Shown here: positions 1 through 9,763 of the stretch, one piece after another
Layout of the letters: every line of letters starts with the position of its first letter
How positions within the stretch are numbered: the stretch's first letter is position 1
Sequence record: ON711395.1
Direction: 5' to 3' (one strand)
Source of the DNA: Escherichia phage brachmannus
DNA: 51,540 nucleotides
Program-made: the position numbers and the translations under genes
Notes under the pieces: model-generated
The model's input: only the letters and a program-made list of their open reading frames with translations
The model's database searches: none
What the model was told of the DNA's origin: nothing

Positions 1-25
1 GCATCTAACCAAAGGAGGATTAATA

Positions 26-553
26 ATGGCTAAAAATGTTGAGCCTGCTGTAAAGGCATTAAATTTCAAAGAGTTATACAATAAAACTTATGGCGATATT
101 GTCACGCTAAATAACCGCCACAAGTACACGCCGGAACAGGTTTTTGATATGGCGATCCGCTATTTCACTTGGGCCGAAGAGAATCACATCCAGGCGGCTG
201 AAACTGCTTCCTTTCAGGGTGACGTGTACGAGAGCAGAGTTTACAAGCCTCGCGTTTTCACGGTTAACGGATTCAGCTTGTATCTCGGCGTTACTGAGGC
301 TGCCGTAAGCAAATGGCGTAAAGAGCCTGGATTCTGCGATGTGATGGAGTTTGTTGATAAAGTAATTTACGAGCAAAAATTCCAGCTTGCGGCAAATAAC
401 ATGATTAATGCTGGATTCATCGGTAAAGAGATCGGAGTAGATAAGCCAGCAACAGTGAGCGTTGAAGCGAGCGCGGCAGCTAATGCAAGCATTGACGCAG
501 TAACTGCCGATGAGGTGAAAGAGGCTGTGGTTGATATTCTGGAGCAACTTTAA
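26..553 (+). CDS. terS: terminase small subunit (putative)
   Basis: 175-aa ORF, RBS AGGAGG upstream of ATG 26, stop overlaps start of large terminase (ATGA); size and position typical of TerS. Confidence 0.6.
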   Translation: MAKNVEPAVKALNFKELYNKTYGDIVTLNNRHKYTPEQVFDMAIRYFTWAEENHIQAAETASFQGDVYESRVYKPRVFTVNGFSLYLGVTEAAVSKWRKEPGFCDVMEFVDKVIYEQKFQLAANNMINAGFIGKEIGVDKPATVSVEASAAANASIDAVTADEVKEAVVDILEQL

Positions 554-2121
554 TGATCATATGGGAAGATTTGACGGCGGCGCAAAAGCGAGCCATTAAA
601 GAAATCAGTGAGCATTCATTCGAAAAGATGATCAGAATCTGGTTCCAGTTATTGCAGGGGCAAAAATTCCAGAGTAACTGGCATTTTAGCTTATTGTGCA
701 GTGAGGTAGAGAAGATCATCAATGGAGAGTCGCAGAATGTGATTTTCAATATTACGCCAGGTAGCGGTAAGACTGAGATTTTCTCGATCCACATGTCACC
801 CTACGCGTCATTGAAAAGCCGGAAGGTGAGAAATCTTAACCTTTCGTTTAGTGATGGCCTTGTCCAGCAAAACAGCAACCGGATAAAGGAGATTATTGGT
901 TCTCCTGAGTGGCAAGAGCTATGGCCAGGAAAACTGGCAAAGGCGAGCGCTAAAGATCTGATAGTCACCGAAGGCGGCAAGGTTAAATTGCAAGTTAACT
1001 CACGTTCTATTGGCGGCCAGGTAACAGGTTTGCGTGGCGGCTATATGGACGATGGTTTTACTGGTATGCTGGTTCTTGACGATCCAGACAAGCCGGATGA
1101 TATGCTTTCTAAGGTAAAGCGTGAGGCTATCCACATGCGGTTAAAAAACACAGTGCGATCGCGTCGAATGAAAGACACAACTCCGATTGTTATGGTGCAA
1201 CAGCGACTACACGTTAATGATTCCACCTGGTTTATGCTTAATGGCGGGATGGGTGGTATTGAGTTTAAAGTCGTGAGCATTCCGGCTCTGGTTACGAAAG
1301 AATACCGCGAAACGCTTCCTGATTGGTTGAAGCCTGAATTTGATCGTGATGTGCTATCAAGTAAGCCAGTGATGATAGATGGCGTTGCTCATTATTCATT
1401 TTGGCCTGCAAAGGAAAGCGCGGAGGAATTGCTTGCATTGCGCAATGCAGATCCTTACACGTTCGCCAGCCAATACCAACAGCAACCAATCGCGCTGGGC
1501 GGGAACGTGTTTAAAACAGAGTGGTTCCAGTATTACGGCAGCGGCGAAAAATGCGCACTACCAAAACCTGATCGCTTTGAATACACATTTATTACTGGAG
1601 ATACCGCGCAGAAGGCCGGAGAGCTTAACGACTATTCAGTTTTTTGTTATTGGGGGATGTATAAGAATCGCGTTTACTTCATTGATGGCATTCGCGGAAA
1701 GTGGGAAGCGCCGGATCTTGAATTAAATTTTATTGCCTTCGTTAACCAGTGCTGGAAGCGCAATAAGGAGTGTGGCAGCTTGCGACGTATCCACATTGAG
1801 GATAAGGCCAGCGGCACGGGTTTGATTCAGGGGGCCAAAAAGAAGATCCCGATTGATATAAATCCCGTTCAGCGAAGCAATGACAAGGTGACGCGAGCAA
1901 TGGACGCCGCGCCAGTAATGAGGGCCGGACGTGTGGCACTGCCAGAAAATCACCCCATGCTGCCTGAGATACTAGCAGAGGTTGCAGCATTCACTTTTGA
2001 TGATTCTCATCCCCATGATGATATTGTCGATAATATAGTTGATGCTGTTAACGTCGAAATGAATTTGGCAGATGATCCGGTAGCAAGGATGAAAAAGCTG
2101 GCAGGTCTACGCAATAAATAG
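553..2121 (+). CDS. terL: terminase large subunit
   Basis: 522 aa; Walker A-like TPGSGKTE, Walker B-like LVLDDPD, C-terminal nuclease-like region; followed by hairpin+T-run. Confidence 0.9.
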   Translation: MIIWEDLTAAQKRAIKEISEHSFEKMIRIWFQLLQGQKFQSNWHFSLLCSEVEKIINGESQNVIFNITPGSGKTEIFSIHMSPYASLKSRKVRNLNLSFSDGLVQQNSNRIKEIIGSPEWQELWPGKLAKASAKDLIVTEGGKVKLQVNSRSIGGQVTGLRGGYMDDGFTGMLVLDDPDKPDDMLSKVKREAIHMRLKNTVRSRRMKDTTPIVMVQQRLHVNDSTWFMLNGGMGGIEFKVVSIPALVTKEYRETLPDWLKPEFDRDVLSSKPVMIDGVAHYSFWPAKESAEELLALRNADPYTFASQYQQQPIALGGNVFKTEWFQYYGSGEKCALPKPDRFEYTFITGDTAQKAGELNDYSVFCYWGMYKNRVYFIDGIRGKWEAPDLELNFIAFVNQCWKRNKECGSLRRIHIEDKASGTGLIQGAKKKIPIDINPVQRSNDKVTRAMDAAPVMRAGRVALPENHPMLPEILAEVAAFTFDDSHPHDDIVDNIVDAVNVEMNLADDPVARMKKLAGLRNK

Positions 2122-2137
2122 CACTAATTGCTAAAAA
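2119..2137 (+). promoter_or_regulatory. conserved motif variant TAGCACTAATTGCTAAAAA
   Basis: overlaps terL stop TAG. Confidence 0.5.
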
Positions 2138-2148
2138 GTTATATAATC

Positions 2149-2177
2149 AAGGCTGGATTTTTCCAGCCTTTTTTATT
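2149..2177 (+). terminator. intrinsic terminator after terL
   Basis: GGCTGG-loop-CCAGCC stem then T-run. Confidence 0.6.
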
Positions 2178-2191
2178 ATGGAGATTTGACT

Positions 2192-3484
2192 ATGAGCGAA
2201 AAAACAAGGCTAGTTAAGGCCGATGGATACAACGAGATTTTCAAGGGTAGCAAGGGCAATGGGCGTGTGGAGTTGCCTTTCTTTATGCAAGGGTTCAAAT
2301 ACACCACGCACGCTGATTTTTACATTCGCGACGGCCTAGCAAAACGAATTATCGACGTTGTTCCAGAAGAAATGGTGACACCTGGATTTAATATTGATGG
2401 CGTGGAAGATGAGGAGAGTTTTAGATCTTTGTGGGATGAGAAGCGACTAAACGATAAAATCATTGATGCGCTTTGCTGGTCGCGTCTTTTTGGTGGCGCG
2501 GCAATCGTGGCAATCGTTCAGGATGGCAGGTCGTTAAAGTCACCTGCAGCGCCTGGTGCAATCCTTGAAGATGTTCGCGTTTACGATCGCTTTCAGGTTC
2601 GCGTGGAAAAGCGAGAAACTAATCCACGCAAGGTGCGATATGGTGAGCCATTAATTTACACCATTTCACCTGGTGCGGACTTGCCAGAATATCAGGTTCA
2701 CTATTCGCGAGTCTGTATTATCGACGGTGAGCGGCTACCAAATCAGCGACGTCAGTCAAATGATGGTTGGGGTGAGTCAATCCTGAATAAGCGATTGGTT
2801 GAGGCTATTTGTGATTACAACTACTGCGAAAACTTAGCAACTCAATTGTTGCGACGTAAGCAACAGGCAGTATGGAAAGCTAAAGGACTTGCCGATCTTT
2901 GTGATGATGATGATGGTGTTAACGCCGCACGTTTGCGCCTTGCTCAAGTTGATGATGAGGGTGGCGTAGGTCGTGCGATCGGCATTGATGCGGAAGATGA
3001 GGAATATGATGTTTTAAATTCTGATATTTCCGGCGTCGATTCATTTCTGGAAAAGAAGATGGATCGCATTGTATCTCTTTCCGGCATCCATGAAATCATC
3101 CTCAAAAACAAGAACGTTGGCGGTGTTAGCGCGAGCCAAAACACGGCGCTTGAAACCTTCTACAAGCTGATCGACAGAAAGCGAAAGGAAGAATACAAAC
3201 CAATCCTTGAATTTCTGATCCCGTTCCTGATTCAAGAACAAGAATGGAGTATTCAGTTTGCGCCGTTAAGCGTTCCAAGCGAAAAGGACCAGGCCGAGAT
3301 CTTGAACAAGAATATTGATTCTTTGAGCAAGGCTATTGACGGTCAATTCATGGATACAGAGGAGGCGCGCGACACATTGCGAGCCATTGCGCCTAACGTT
3401 AAACTAAAAGACGGCAATAACATTAAATTACCTGAGCAGGACGTAGAGCCGGAGCCAGGAACAACCGAGGGTAGCAATCAATGA
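2192..3484 (+). CDS. portal protein
   Basis: about 430 aa directly after terL; ORF-track start 2186 is TTG, ATG at 2192 has GGAG RBS; acidic C-terminus typical of portals. Confidence 0.75.
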   Translation: MSEKTRLVKADGYNEIFKGSKGNGRVELPFFMQGFKYTTHADFYIRDGLAKRIIDVVPEEMVTPGFNIDGVEDEESFRSLWDEKRLNDKIIDALCWSRLFGGAAIVAIVQDGRSLKSPAAPGAILEDVRVYDRFQVRVEKRETNPRKVRYGEPLIYTISPGADLPEYQVHYSRVCIIDGERLPNQRRQSNDGWGESILNKRLVEAICDYNYCENLATQLLRRKQQAVWKAKGLADLCDDDDGVNAARLRLAQVDDEGGVGRAIGIDAEDEEYDVLNSDISGVDSFLEKKMDRIVSLSGIHEIILKNKNVGGVSASQNTALETFYKLIDRKRKEEYKPILEFLIPFLIQEQEWSIQFAPLSVPSEKDQAEILNKNIDSLSKAIDGQFMDTEEARDTLRAIAPNVKLKDGNNIKLPEQDVEPEPGTTEGSNQ

Positions 3485-4236
3485 TAGTGAAAGGCGTCGT
3501 TAAACAATGGCGCTTTCCTGAAGCAAGCGAGCGGCAATTGCGCCGCTCAATTCAGGAGGCGATAAGGGATCTTGTTGTGATGATGCGCAGCAAAACAAAG
3601 GAAATGAAATTTGACGCGGACACCGAAGAAATCAACGCCGCAGAAGATGAGATTAGTAGCTTCGCGTTAAAGCTAATAGCTGGCATCGCCGCATCACTTC
3701 CGGCTATCGGTCTTGCTGTTTATAAATTCAACGCAAAGCAATTTATTAACGTAGCGAAATCAACGGGAGGCAAGTCAAATTCAGCCGTTATCATCCTTAT
3801 GGCTATTGGGGCCAATGCGAATGAGAGTTGGTATAGGACGCTATACGGTCAATGGCATGACATGACGATCGCATCTCTTCAAAAACTATTTGGAAACATT
3901 GTGTCTGACTGGTCAACAAATATCAGATCGGCAAACTTTCGCGGAATGAGAGATAGTCAGGTTAATGAATTGGCTGGCAAGAGGTTCGCAGTTTATAGCT
4001 CTTGGGGTAAGACAAGGGCGGAAAACATTATAGGCGCTTGGAATAGTAGACTCATGCGCCAGCGTCTGTATGATGCAAAAGTAACTCATTATTTTTGGCA
4101 TGGCATGCTTGATGACAGAGAGCGATTGCAGCATGTACAATGGGAAGGTAAGCGCATTGCGCTAGATTCTGAACATGATTTTCCTGGTGAGCCTTTCGGT
4201 TGTCGTTGTTGGGCCATACCAGATTGGAACAGTTAA
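3481..4236 (+). CDS. head morphogenesis protein (Mu F / SPP1 gp7-like minor head protein)
   Basis: 251 aa, start overlaps portal stop, canonical position after portal. Confidence 0.5.
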   Translation: MIVKGVVKQWRFPEASERQLRRSIQEAIRDLVVMMRSKTKEMKFDADTEEINAAEDEISSFALKLIAGIAASLPAIGLAVYKFNAKQFINVAKSTGGKSNSAVIILMAIGANANESWYRTLYGQWHDMTIASLQKLFGNIVSDWSTNIRSANFRGMRDSQVNELAGKRFAVYSSWGKTRAENIIGAWNSRLMRQRLYDAKVTHYFWHGMLDDRERLQHVQWEGKRIALDSEHDFPGEPFGCRCWAIPDWNS

Positions 4237-4246
4237 GAGGTATTAA

Positions 4247-5362
4247 ATGAAAGCAAAACAAAGATTTGATAGCGCCAAAGTAAAGGCGCACTTTGATGAT
4301 AACGGGTTTTTAGTTGATCGCCCTATCGTGGCGCGAATTGGTTTACAAGTCTATCAGACTCCTTTCGGTGAGCGCAGAGAATTTCGTCCGGCGTCCGAAG
4401 TATTCAAGGCCGACTCACTAGCCACCTTCGCAGGGAAGCCAGTCACGGTTGGTCACGTTACGGTAACTCCAGAAAACGCCGAAAAGGTTGTGGTTGGTTC
4501 TTGTGCTGGCGCTGGTGTGCCGAACGGGATCGGCGTAGAGGTTCCGTTAAGCATTTACTCAAAACGAGCAATCGAAAGCGCGAAGAAGCGAGACACGGCG
4601 GAAATTTCAGTTGGTTATACATCGGTTGATATTGATAAACCAGGCTGGGGCAATAATAAAACTGGTGAGTACGTTTTCGATGAGGATGTTAGCGAAGACT
4701 GGAAACCGGATTCTCCTGATTGGGTTGAGTTTGATGCAATCCAGACTGAAATCAAGGTAAACCACATCGCGTTAGTTTTCCGAGGTCGGGCTGGTATTGC
4801 GAAATTAAACCTTGATAGTCAGCAAGATTTTCCGTATAGTGACGAAGTTATTAACAACAAAGAGGATCAAATCATGACTGTAAAAATTAAACTGGATGGC
4901 GCTGTAGAATTTGATGTTCCGAAAGCAGTTGCGGATCACATTGAATCACTGAAAGCTGATGCCAAAGCACAGAAAGAAAAGGCGGACGGCTTGGAAGCTG
5001 AGCGCGATGCGCTGCAATCCAAAGTAGATGGCATTCAGGATCAGATTGATGCCGCAGTCAAGAAGGCCAAAGAAGATGCCGAGCAATATGCTCAATTAGT
5101 GGCAGACGCTAAAGAGTTAGGCATCAAGTGCGACGGTCTGGATGCGAAAGCAATCAAGGTTGCATACATCAAAGAAGTTATGGGCAATGACGTTTCCGAT
5201 AAAACTGATGCCTATATCGAAACAGCTTTCGACATCGCCAAAAACTCTGATAAAATGGCGGCGCAGCGTAAGAGCATTAAGGGTGACTCTTTCGCGAATG
5301 AAAAACAGGATGAAGCAGGTTCTAAGCTGAATCCTAACGCTCGTTTTGAGAAACTGAAATAA
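4247..5362 (+). CDS. putative prohead protease / scaffolding protein
   Basis: 371 aa; globular N-terminal domain plus long K/E/A-rich coiled-coil C-terminus; located between head morphogenesis and capsid genes. Confidence 0.5.
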   Translation: MKAKQRFDSAKVKAHFDDNGFLVDRPIVARIGLQVYQTPFGERREFRPASEVFKADSLATFAGKPVTVGHVTVTPENAEKVVVGSCAGAGVPNGIGVEVPLSIYSKRAIESAKKRDTAEISVGYTSVDIDKPGWGNNKTGEYVFDEDVSEDWKPDSPDWVEFDAIQTEIKVNHIALVFRGRAGIAKLNLDSQQDFPYSDEVINNKEDQIMTVKIKLDGAVEFDVPKAVADHIESLKADAKAQKEKADGLEAERDALQSKVDGIQDQIDAAVKKAKEDAEQYAQLVADAKELGIKCDGLDAKAIKVAYIKEVMGNDVSDKTDAYIETAFDIAKNSDKMAAQRKSIKGDSFANEKQDEAGSKLNPNARFEKLK

Positions 5363-5374
5363 GGAGTAATTAAA

Positions 5375-5884
5375 ATGGCTAAAATTGGAGCAAGTTATTT
5401 TGACACTATGGCGCGTGCGCTTCCTGGTCAGGTATCCGACACGTCAGCATATAACATCGACGGCGCTTGCGTTCTTGACAAGGAAGACGGCATCCCAATC
5501 CTGGTTGGCGTGGCTGTTAAGCTAAAAGGCGTTGACTCAATGGGTAATAAGCTGATCGACGCTATTTCTGGTGGTGGTGATGTTCCTTATGGCGTTGGCG
5601 TTCGTTCGCACTTTCAAACTACGGCTGATAATGGTCGAATGGTTTATGAGGCTGGCGGCGGAATCAACGTTATGACTGAGGGCCGTGTCTGGATGATTGG
5701 CGATGATTCCGATAAAAGCAAAAAGCCAGAATATCGTGATCCTGTAAAAATTGATGAAAACTCTGGCAAGGTGAAAAGTGCTGGATCTATCAATACAAAT
5801 TGGGTTTACACTGGCGATAAAACCACTTTTGGAACTGGCAATAATATGTTGACTTTGTTTGAAGTTCAGGTCTTCCCAAGCTAA
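5375..5884 (+). CDS. capsid-associated structural protein (possible decoration protein)
   Basis: 169 aa, strong RBS, MAK N-terminus, paralogous to next gene (shared YNIDG and RGRVW motifs), followed by intrinsic terminator. Confidence 0.4.
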   Translation: MAKIGASYFDTMARALPGQVSDTSAYNIDGACVLDKEDGIPILVGVAVKLKGVDSMGNKLIDAISGGGDVPYGVGVRSHFQTTADNGRMVYEAGGGINVMTEGRVWMIGDDSDKSKKPEYRDPVKIDENSGKVKSAGSINTNWVYTGDKTTFGTGNNMLTLFEVQVFPS

Positions 5885-5888
5885 AATC

Positions 5889-5917
5889 AAGGCGCTCGCT
5901 TGAGCGCCTTTTTTATT
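5889..5917 (+). terminator. intrinsic terminator between capsid-associated paralogs
   Basis: GGCGCTC-GCTT-GAGCGCC stem then T6. Confidence 0.7.
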
Positions 5918-5934
5918 ATGTAAGGAGAAATGAA

Positions 5935-6723
5935 ATGGCTAAAGACTATTCATCTGTTATGGGCCTTTCTTGCCCTGGTTGTTTGGTTGATTCTACTCGC
6001 TACAATATTGATGGCACTGGTGTTTGCGGATCTGAGTCGATCATTGCTGGCAAGGTTGTTTTCTTCAAAGAGAGAGTAGAAGGTTATAACATATTTGTTG
6101 ATCAAAAAGAGGATGATGCAGTAGTTGCTGGTATTGCGCTAAGGAGCAACATAACAACAACAGTTAACGAGGAGGGCGGGTACTCTGACTACAAAGAAGG
6201 TGATCCTATTAGCGTTGTAACTCGTGGTCGCGTGTGGGTGTTAACTGAAAGTATTGATGAAGCTCCTTCACACGGTGAAAAAGTATATGTTAATAACGAT
6301 GGATTTGTTGGTAAGTCCGGCGACCAGGTTGTTGATGGGTGGATTTTTACAGGTGATTTTATGAAATTTGACAGTAGCATTAACATTGTAGGGATTCATA
6401 TCAAACCTGTAATAGTACATGTTCAAAAGTTAACAGCGGCTATTATTGAAGATGTTGATGGTAACAAGCCTGATGGAAACAGACCAAACAATGAGCCTGT
6501 TAATCTCAAGGTTACTGTAGAGCCTGAATATGCAACAGATAAAACTGGAACATGGGAGATTTCATTAGGAGGAGAATACGCATCAATTTCGCCAAGTGGT
6601 GACACGGCGCAAGTAACGCCATCAAGCAATGGTGATGTATATGTAAACTGGATGGCAAATGACGGATCTGGTGTATCTGACACATTTATCATCAACTTTG
6701 TAGATCCAGAGCCTGGCCCTTAA
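5935..6723 (+). CDS. capsid-associated structural protein with Ig-like C-terminal domain (paralog of previous)
   Basis: 262 aa; N-terminal similarity to 5375-5884 ORF; C-terminal beta-rich Ig-like region. Confidence 0.4.
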   Translation: MAKDYSSVMGLSCPGCLVDSTRYNIDGTGVCGSESIIAGKVVFFKERVEGYNIFVDQKEDDAVVAGIALRSNITTTVNEEGGYSDYKEGDPISVVTRGRVWVLTESIDEAPSHGEKVYVNNDGFVGKSGDQVVDGWIFTGDFMKFDSSINIVGIHIKPVIVHVQKLTAAIIEDVDGNKPDGNRPNNEPVNLKVTVEPEYATDKTGTWEISLGGEYASISPSGDTAQVTPSSNGDVYVNWMANDGSGVSDTFIINFVDPEPGP

Positions 6724-6735
6724 CATAAAAACATC

Positions 6736-6763
6736 TTGCACGTTTAACAAAAAGTGCTATCAT
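6736..6763 (+). promoter_or_regulatory. promoter-like TTGCAC-16-TGcTATCAT upstream of major capsid gene (overlaps inverted motif copy)
   Basis: -35-like hexamer, 16-bp spacer, extended -10-like TGnTATCAT. Confidence 0.4.
6742..6759 (-). promoter_or_regulatory. conserved motif copy in inverted orientation upstream of major capsid gene
   Basis: plus strand reads GTTTAACAAAAAGTGCTA. Confidence 0.5.
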
Positions 6764-6804
6764 CTAGGCCGTTACATTTAACGGCCTTTTATGGAGGAAA
6801 CAAA

Positions 6805-7776
6805 ATGGCTAAAAAATATGATGAACTAGATGCTACGATTGTAGCGAATCATTTGCAGATTCAGGGCGTTAAGAGCGACGCTTCTGATATGGGTATTTGG
6901 ACCGCTCAAGAGCTACACAAGATCCGCTCTACCGCATACGAGAAAGAGTATCCGGCAGGTTCCGCGCTTCGCGTATTCCCTGTAACAAACGAGCTTTCTG
7001 ATACTGACAAGACTTTCGAATATCAGACTTTTGATAAGGTTGGCTACGCGAAAATTATCGCCGACTACACCGATGATCTGCCGACTGTTGACGCGTTGAT
7101 GACTTCTGAGTTTGGCAAAGTGTTCCGCCTGGGTAACGCTTATCTGATCTCCATTGATGAGATTAAAGCAGGTCAGCGAACTGGCAAGAGCCTGTCAACT
7201 CGCAAGGCTAACGCTGCGCAAAATGCGCATGATCAGTTGATTAACTTCCTGGTGTTCAAAGGTTCTAAGCCTCATAAGATCGTTTCCGTTTTCGATCATC
7301 CTAACCTTACGAAAATTGCATCCAAAGGCTGGATGAGCAATGACGGCAATACCAAGTTCCCGCAGGTAGCAAGCGATGAACTGGAGGCCGCAATCGAAAC
7401 GATCGAGGAAGTAACAAAAGGCCAGCACCGCGCGACTAACATCCTGATCCCGCCGTCCATGCGCAAAGTCCTGACGGTTCGAATGGAAAATACCACTGAA
7501 AGTTATCTGGAATACTTCCAGAAGCAAAACGGCGGTATCACTATCGACTCTATCGCAGAGCTTGAGGATATTGACGGCAAAGGTACGAAAGGTTGCTTGG
7601 TTTACGAAAAAGATCCAATGAACATGAGCATTGAGATTCCAGAAGCGTTTAACATGCTTCCGGCGCAGCCAAAAGACCTACATTTCAAGGTTCCTTGCAC
7701 TTCCAAGTGTACTGGCCTTACGATTTATCGTCCGTTTACGATGGTGCTAATTACTGGCTTGAAAAAAGCTGAGTAA
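6805..7776 (+). CDS. major capsid protein
   Basis: 323 aa; ATG 6805 with GGAGG RBS (ORF-track start 6754 is upstream alternative); own promoter-like element and terminator hairpin downstream; position before head-tail genes. Confidence 0.75.
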   Translation: MAKKYDELDATIVANHLQIQGVKSDASDMGIWTAQELHKIRSTAYEKEYPAGSALRVFPVTNELSDTDKTFEYQTFDKVGYAKIIADYTDDLPTVDALMTSEFGKVFRLGNAYLISIDEIKAGQRTGKSLSTRKANAAQNAHDQLINFLVFKGSKPHKIVSVFDHPNLTKIASKGWMSNDGNTKFPQVASDELEAAIETIEEVTKGQHRATNILIPPSMRKVLTVRMENTTESYLEYFQKQNGGITIDSIAELEDIDGKGTKGCLVYEKDPMNMSIEIPEAFNMLPAQPKDLHFKVPCTSKCTGLTIYRPFTMVLITGLKKAE

Positions 7777-7788
7777 TTAGATAACATG

Positions 7789-7817
7789 GGGGAGCCTTAA
7801 GGGTTCCCCTTTTTTAT
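7789..7817 (+). terminator. intrinsic terminator after major capsid gene
   Basis: GC-rich stem then T6. Confidence 0.65.
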
Positions 7818-7833
7818 TTATGGAGTACGCAAA

Positions 7834-8100
7834 ATGAGCAAAAATTTAAAACTTAAAGTAACTGGCGTTTGCATGATCATTATGAACGGTAAGCGTTATC
7901 ATCCTGGTGATGAAATTGAAATTGAATCCGATCGCATTAATGATTCCGCAATTGAATACCTGATCGCTCGCGGTGATGTGGAAGTTAAAGACAATTCCGA
8001 AATTAACGAGCAAATCAAGGCGAAAGCGGAGAAGAAGCGCAAAAAAGATCCTACCGAGGGTAAGAGCCGCAAAGAACTAGAGGATGGCGGCGAATATTAA
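7834..8100 (+). CDS. hypothetical protein (K/E-rich C-terminus)
   Basis: 88-aa ORF with RBS. Confidence 0.4.
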   Translation: MSKNLKLKVTGVCMIIMNGKRYHPGDEIEIESDRINDSAIEYLIARGDVEVKDNSEINEQIKAKAEKKRKKDPTEGKSRKELEDGGEY

Positions 8101-8146
8101 TAATTGGGGCGCTTATGCGCCCCTTGTCACATCTGGAGAAAACAAA

Positions 8147-8566
8147 ATGGTAGATGAATTTTACACAGACGCTGAAATCGTTCAGCAAATCGTAAAGTTA
8201 GCGCCGCCAATGCAACAAGTTGATCCCGATTTAATTGTGGCATGGATTGAGCTTGCTAAAGAGTTTGTTTGCAAAAAGCGGTTTAAAAACTCATACCCGA
8301 AAGCGGTTGCGCTTTACACTCTTCATCTTATGACCTTAGACGGGGCAATGAAACAGGAAGGTGAAAGCGTAGAAAGCTATTCCCGCCGCGTCGCCTCGTT
8401 CACTCTGACTGGTGAGTTTAGTCAGACGTTTGATCGAATCTCTTCCGATACAAGCGGAAAGCAGATCCGACAAACGCCGTGGGGCAAAATGTACGAAGTG
8501 TTAAACCGTAAGCACGGTGGCGGTTTTGGCCTTGTAACTGGATTACGCCGGAGATGTTGCCTATGA
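8147..8566 (+). CDS. putative head-tail connector protein
   Basis: ATG 8147 with GGAG RBS (track start 8084 alternative); position between capsid and tail genes. Confidence 0.4.
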   Translation: MVDEFYTDAEIVQQIVKLAPPMQQVDPDLIVAWIELAKEFVCKKRFKNSYPKAVALYTLHLMTLDGAMKQEGESVESYSRRVASFTLTGEFSQTFDRISSDTSGKQIRQTPWGKMYEVLNRKHGGGFGLVTGLRRRCCL

Positions 8567-8934
8567 ACTACAATGAGATTGCAAGAATGGCTACGGCTGG
8601 GATTAACTTTTTCAGCGATGCTAACGGTATGTTTAAGTGCATCACGCAGCAGGGAGGGGTTGAGATTATCGGCGGAGAGGAAGTTACCAAGCCGGAGATT
8701 TCAGTGATGATAAAGGGGCTTGTTAGATCTCCGAGGACTAGAGAGGTTGACGGTGAAACAATCCGAGTAACCGACAAATTGGGGATATTCACCAATGAAA
8801 CTGAGATCAAAAATGGTTATCAGATTGAAATTGATGGCGAACGTTATGTTGTCGTTGAAGCAAGGCCAGTCAGGCAGACTAACATCACGGCGGCTTATCG
8901 TCCGATATTAAGGAGGATTGCTGTGCATGGCTGA
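8554..8934 (+). CDS. putative head-tail joining protein
   Basis: 126 aa, overlapping starts and stops with neighbours (translational coupling). Confidence 0.4.
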   Translation: MLPMNYNEIARMATAGINFFSDANGMFKCITQQGGVEIIGGEEVTKPEISVMIKGLVRSPRTREVDGETIRVTDKLGIFTNETEIKNGYQIEIDGERYVVVEARPVRQTNITAAYRPILRRIAVHG

Positions 8935-9370
8935 TAACTATAAGATCAGGGAATTTCACGGTGATATAAGCAGGTGGATTGATTCAGTAAGCAGCGGCCT
9001 TGTTGATTGCGTTGAAATGTTCGCGACAAACGTCCACGAGGATCTTGTAAATCGCTCGCCAGTTGATACGGGCCGATATAAAGCCAACTGGCAGATAACA
9101 GCAAACAAGCCGCCGCTGTATGCGCTCAACCAATACGATCGCGATGGTAGTAAAACCATTGCAGAAGGCAAGCGAGCAATATATGCAATCATGCGTGGTG
9201 GTGGCGCGGTGCGGTCAATCTATTTTTCAAACATGCTCATTTACGCCAATGCGCTTGAATACGGTCATTCAAAACAAGCGCCGTCCGGCGTACTTGGAAT
9301 CGTGGCGGTAAAGCTGCGATCTTATATGGCTAAGGCAATAAAGGATTCGAGGGCAAAAAATGCACTATGA
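8927..9370 (+). CDS. HK97 gp10-like neck / tail-completion protein
   Basis: ATG 8927 after AGGAGG (track start 8918 is TTG); SPVDTGRYKANW motif reminiscent of HK97 gp10 family. Confidence 0.45.
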   Translation: MADNYKIREFHGDISRWIDSVSSGLVDCVEMFATNVHEDLVNRSPVDTGRYKANWQITANKPPLYALNQYDRDGSKTIAEGKRAIYAIMRGGGAVRSIYFSNMLIYANALEYGHSKQAPSGVLGIVAVKLRSYMAKAIKDSRAKNAL

Positions 9371-9761
9371 TTTAATGTTGGCGGCAAGAAAGGCGCTGGC
9401 GGCTGAATATGAATCACGATTTAAGATAGCCTATGAAAACGTTGATTTTGTGCCGCCTGGAGATGGTTCTATGTGGTTAAAATTTAACTACATGGAAGCA
9501 GACACGGATCGCATATCTCTTGATAGAAAATGTGTTTCTTATATCGGTTTGGTTCAGGTTGGAATTGTCATTCCTCCTGGCGGTGGCACTGATAACGCTC
9601 GTTTACTGGCTAAAGAGATTGCGAGATTTTTCTATGATGGTAGAATGTTTGAAACTGGCTATATTAGCGAGGGAGCAAACGTCCACGCATTACTAAAAAG
9701 TGAAACAGGTTGGTTCTTGCCGATCCGTTTCAGTGTTAGGCTTGACACAAAGGAGGAATAA
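9360..9761 (+). CDS. putative tail terminator protein
   Basis: 133 aa immediately upstream of major tail protein. Confidence 0.35.
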   Translation: MHYDLMLAARKALAAEYESRFKIAYENVDFVPPGDGSMWLKFNYMEADTDRISLDRKCVSYIGLVQVGIVIPPGGGTDNARLLAKEIARFFYDGRMFETGYISEGANVHALLKSETGWFLPIRFSVRLDTKEE

Positions 9762-9763
9762 TC

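Noticed and set aside
107-547. Antisense or overlapping ORFs inside larger genes (for example 107-547 minus, 11962-12327 minus, 26785-27154 both strands, 16939-17227 minus, 35892-36282 plus)
   Set aside because: Each lies entirely within a well-supported gene on the other strand or frame, lacks an RBS and has a low-complexity translation.
2186-2191. ORF-track starts at TTG or GTG codons or far upstream (2186, 8084, 8918, 13878, 14956, 16931, 21213, 21756, 24030, 27532, 28622, 32872, 33080)
   Set aside because: A downstream in-frame ATG preceded by a Shine-Dalgarno sequence at 5-10 nt exists in each case, often with start-stop overlap with the upstream gene; the upstream extensions would overlap neighbouring genes or terminators.
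8103-8125. Hairpin GGGGCGC-TTAT-GCGCCCC after gene 7834-8100 as a terminator
   Set aside because: No T-run follows (TTGTCAC), so at most a weak attenuator within the late operon.
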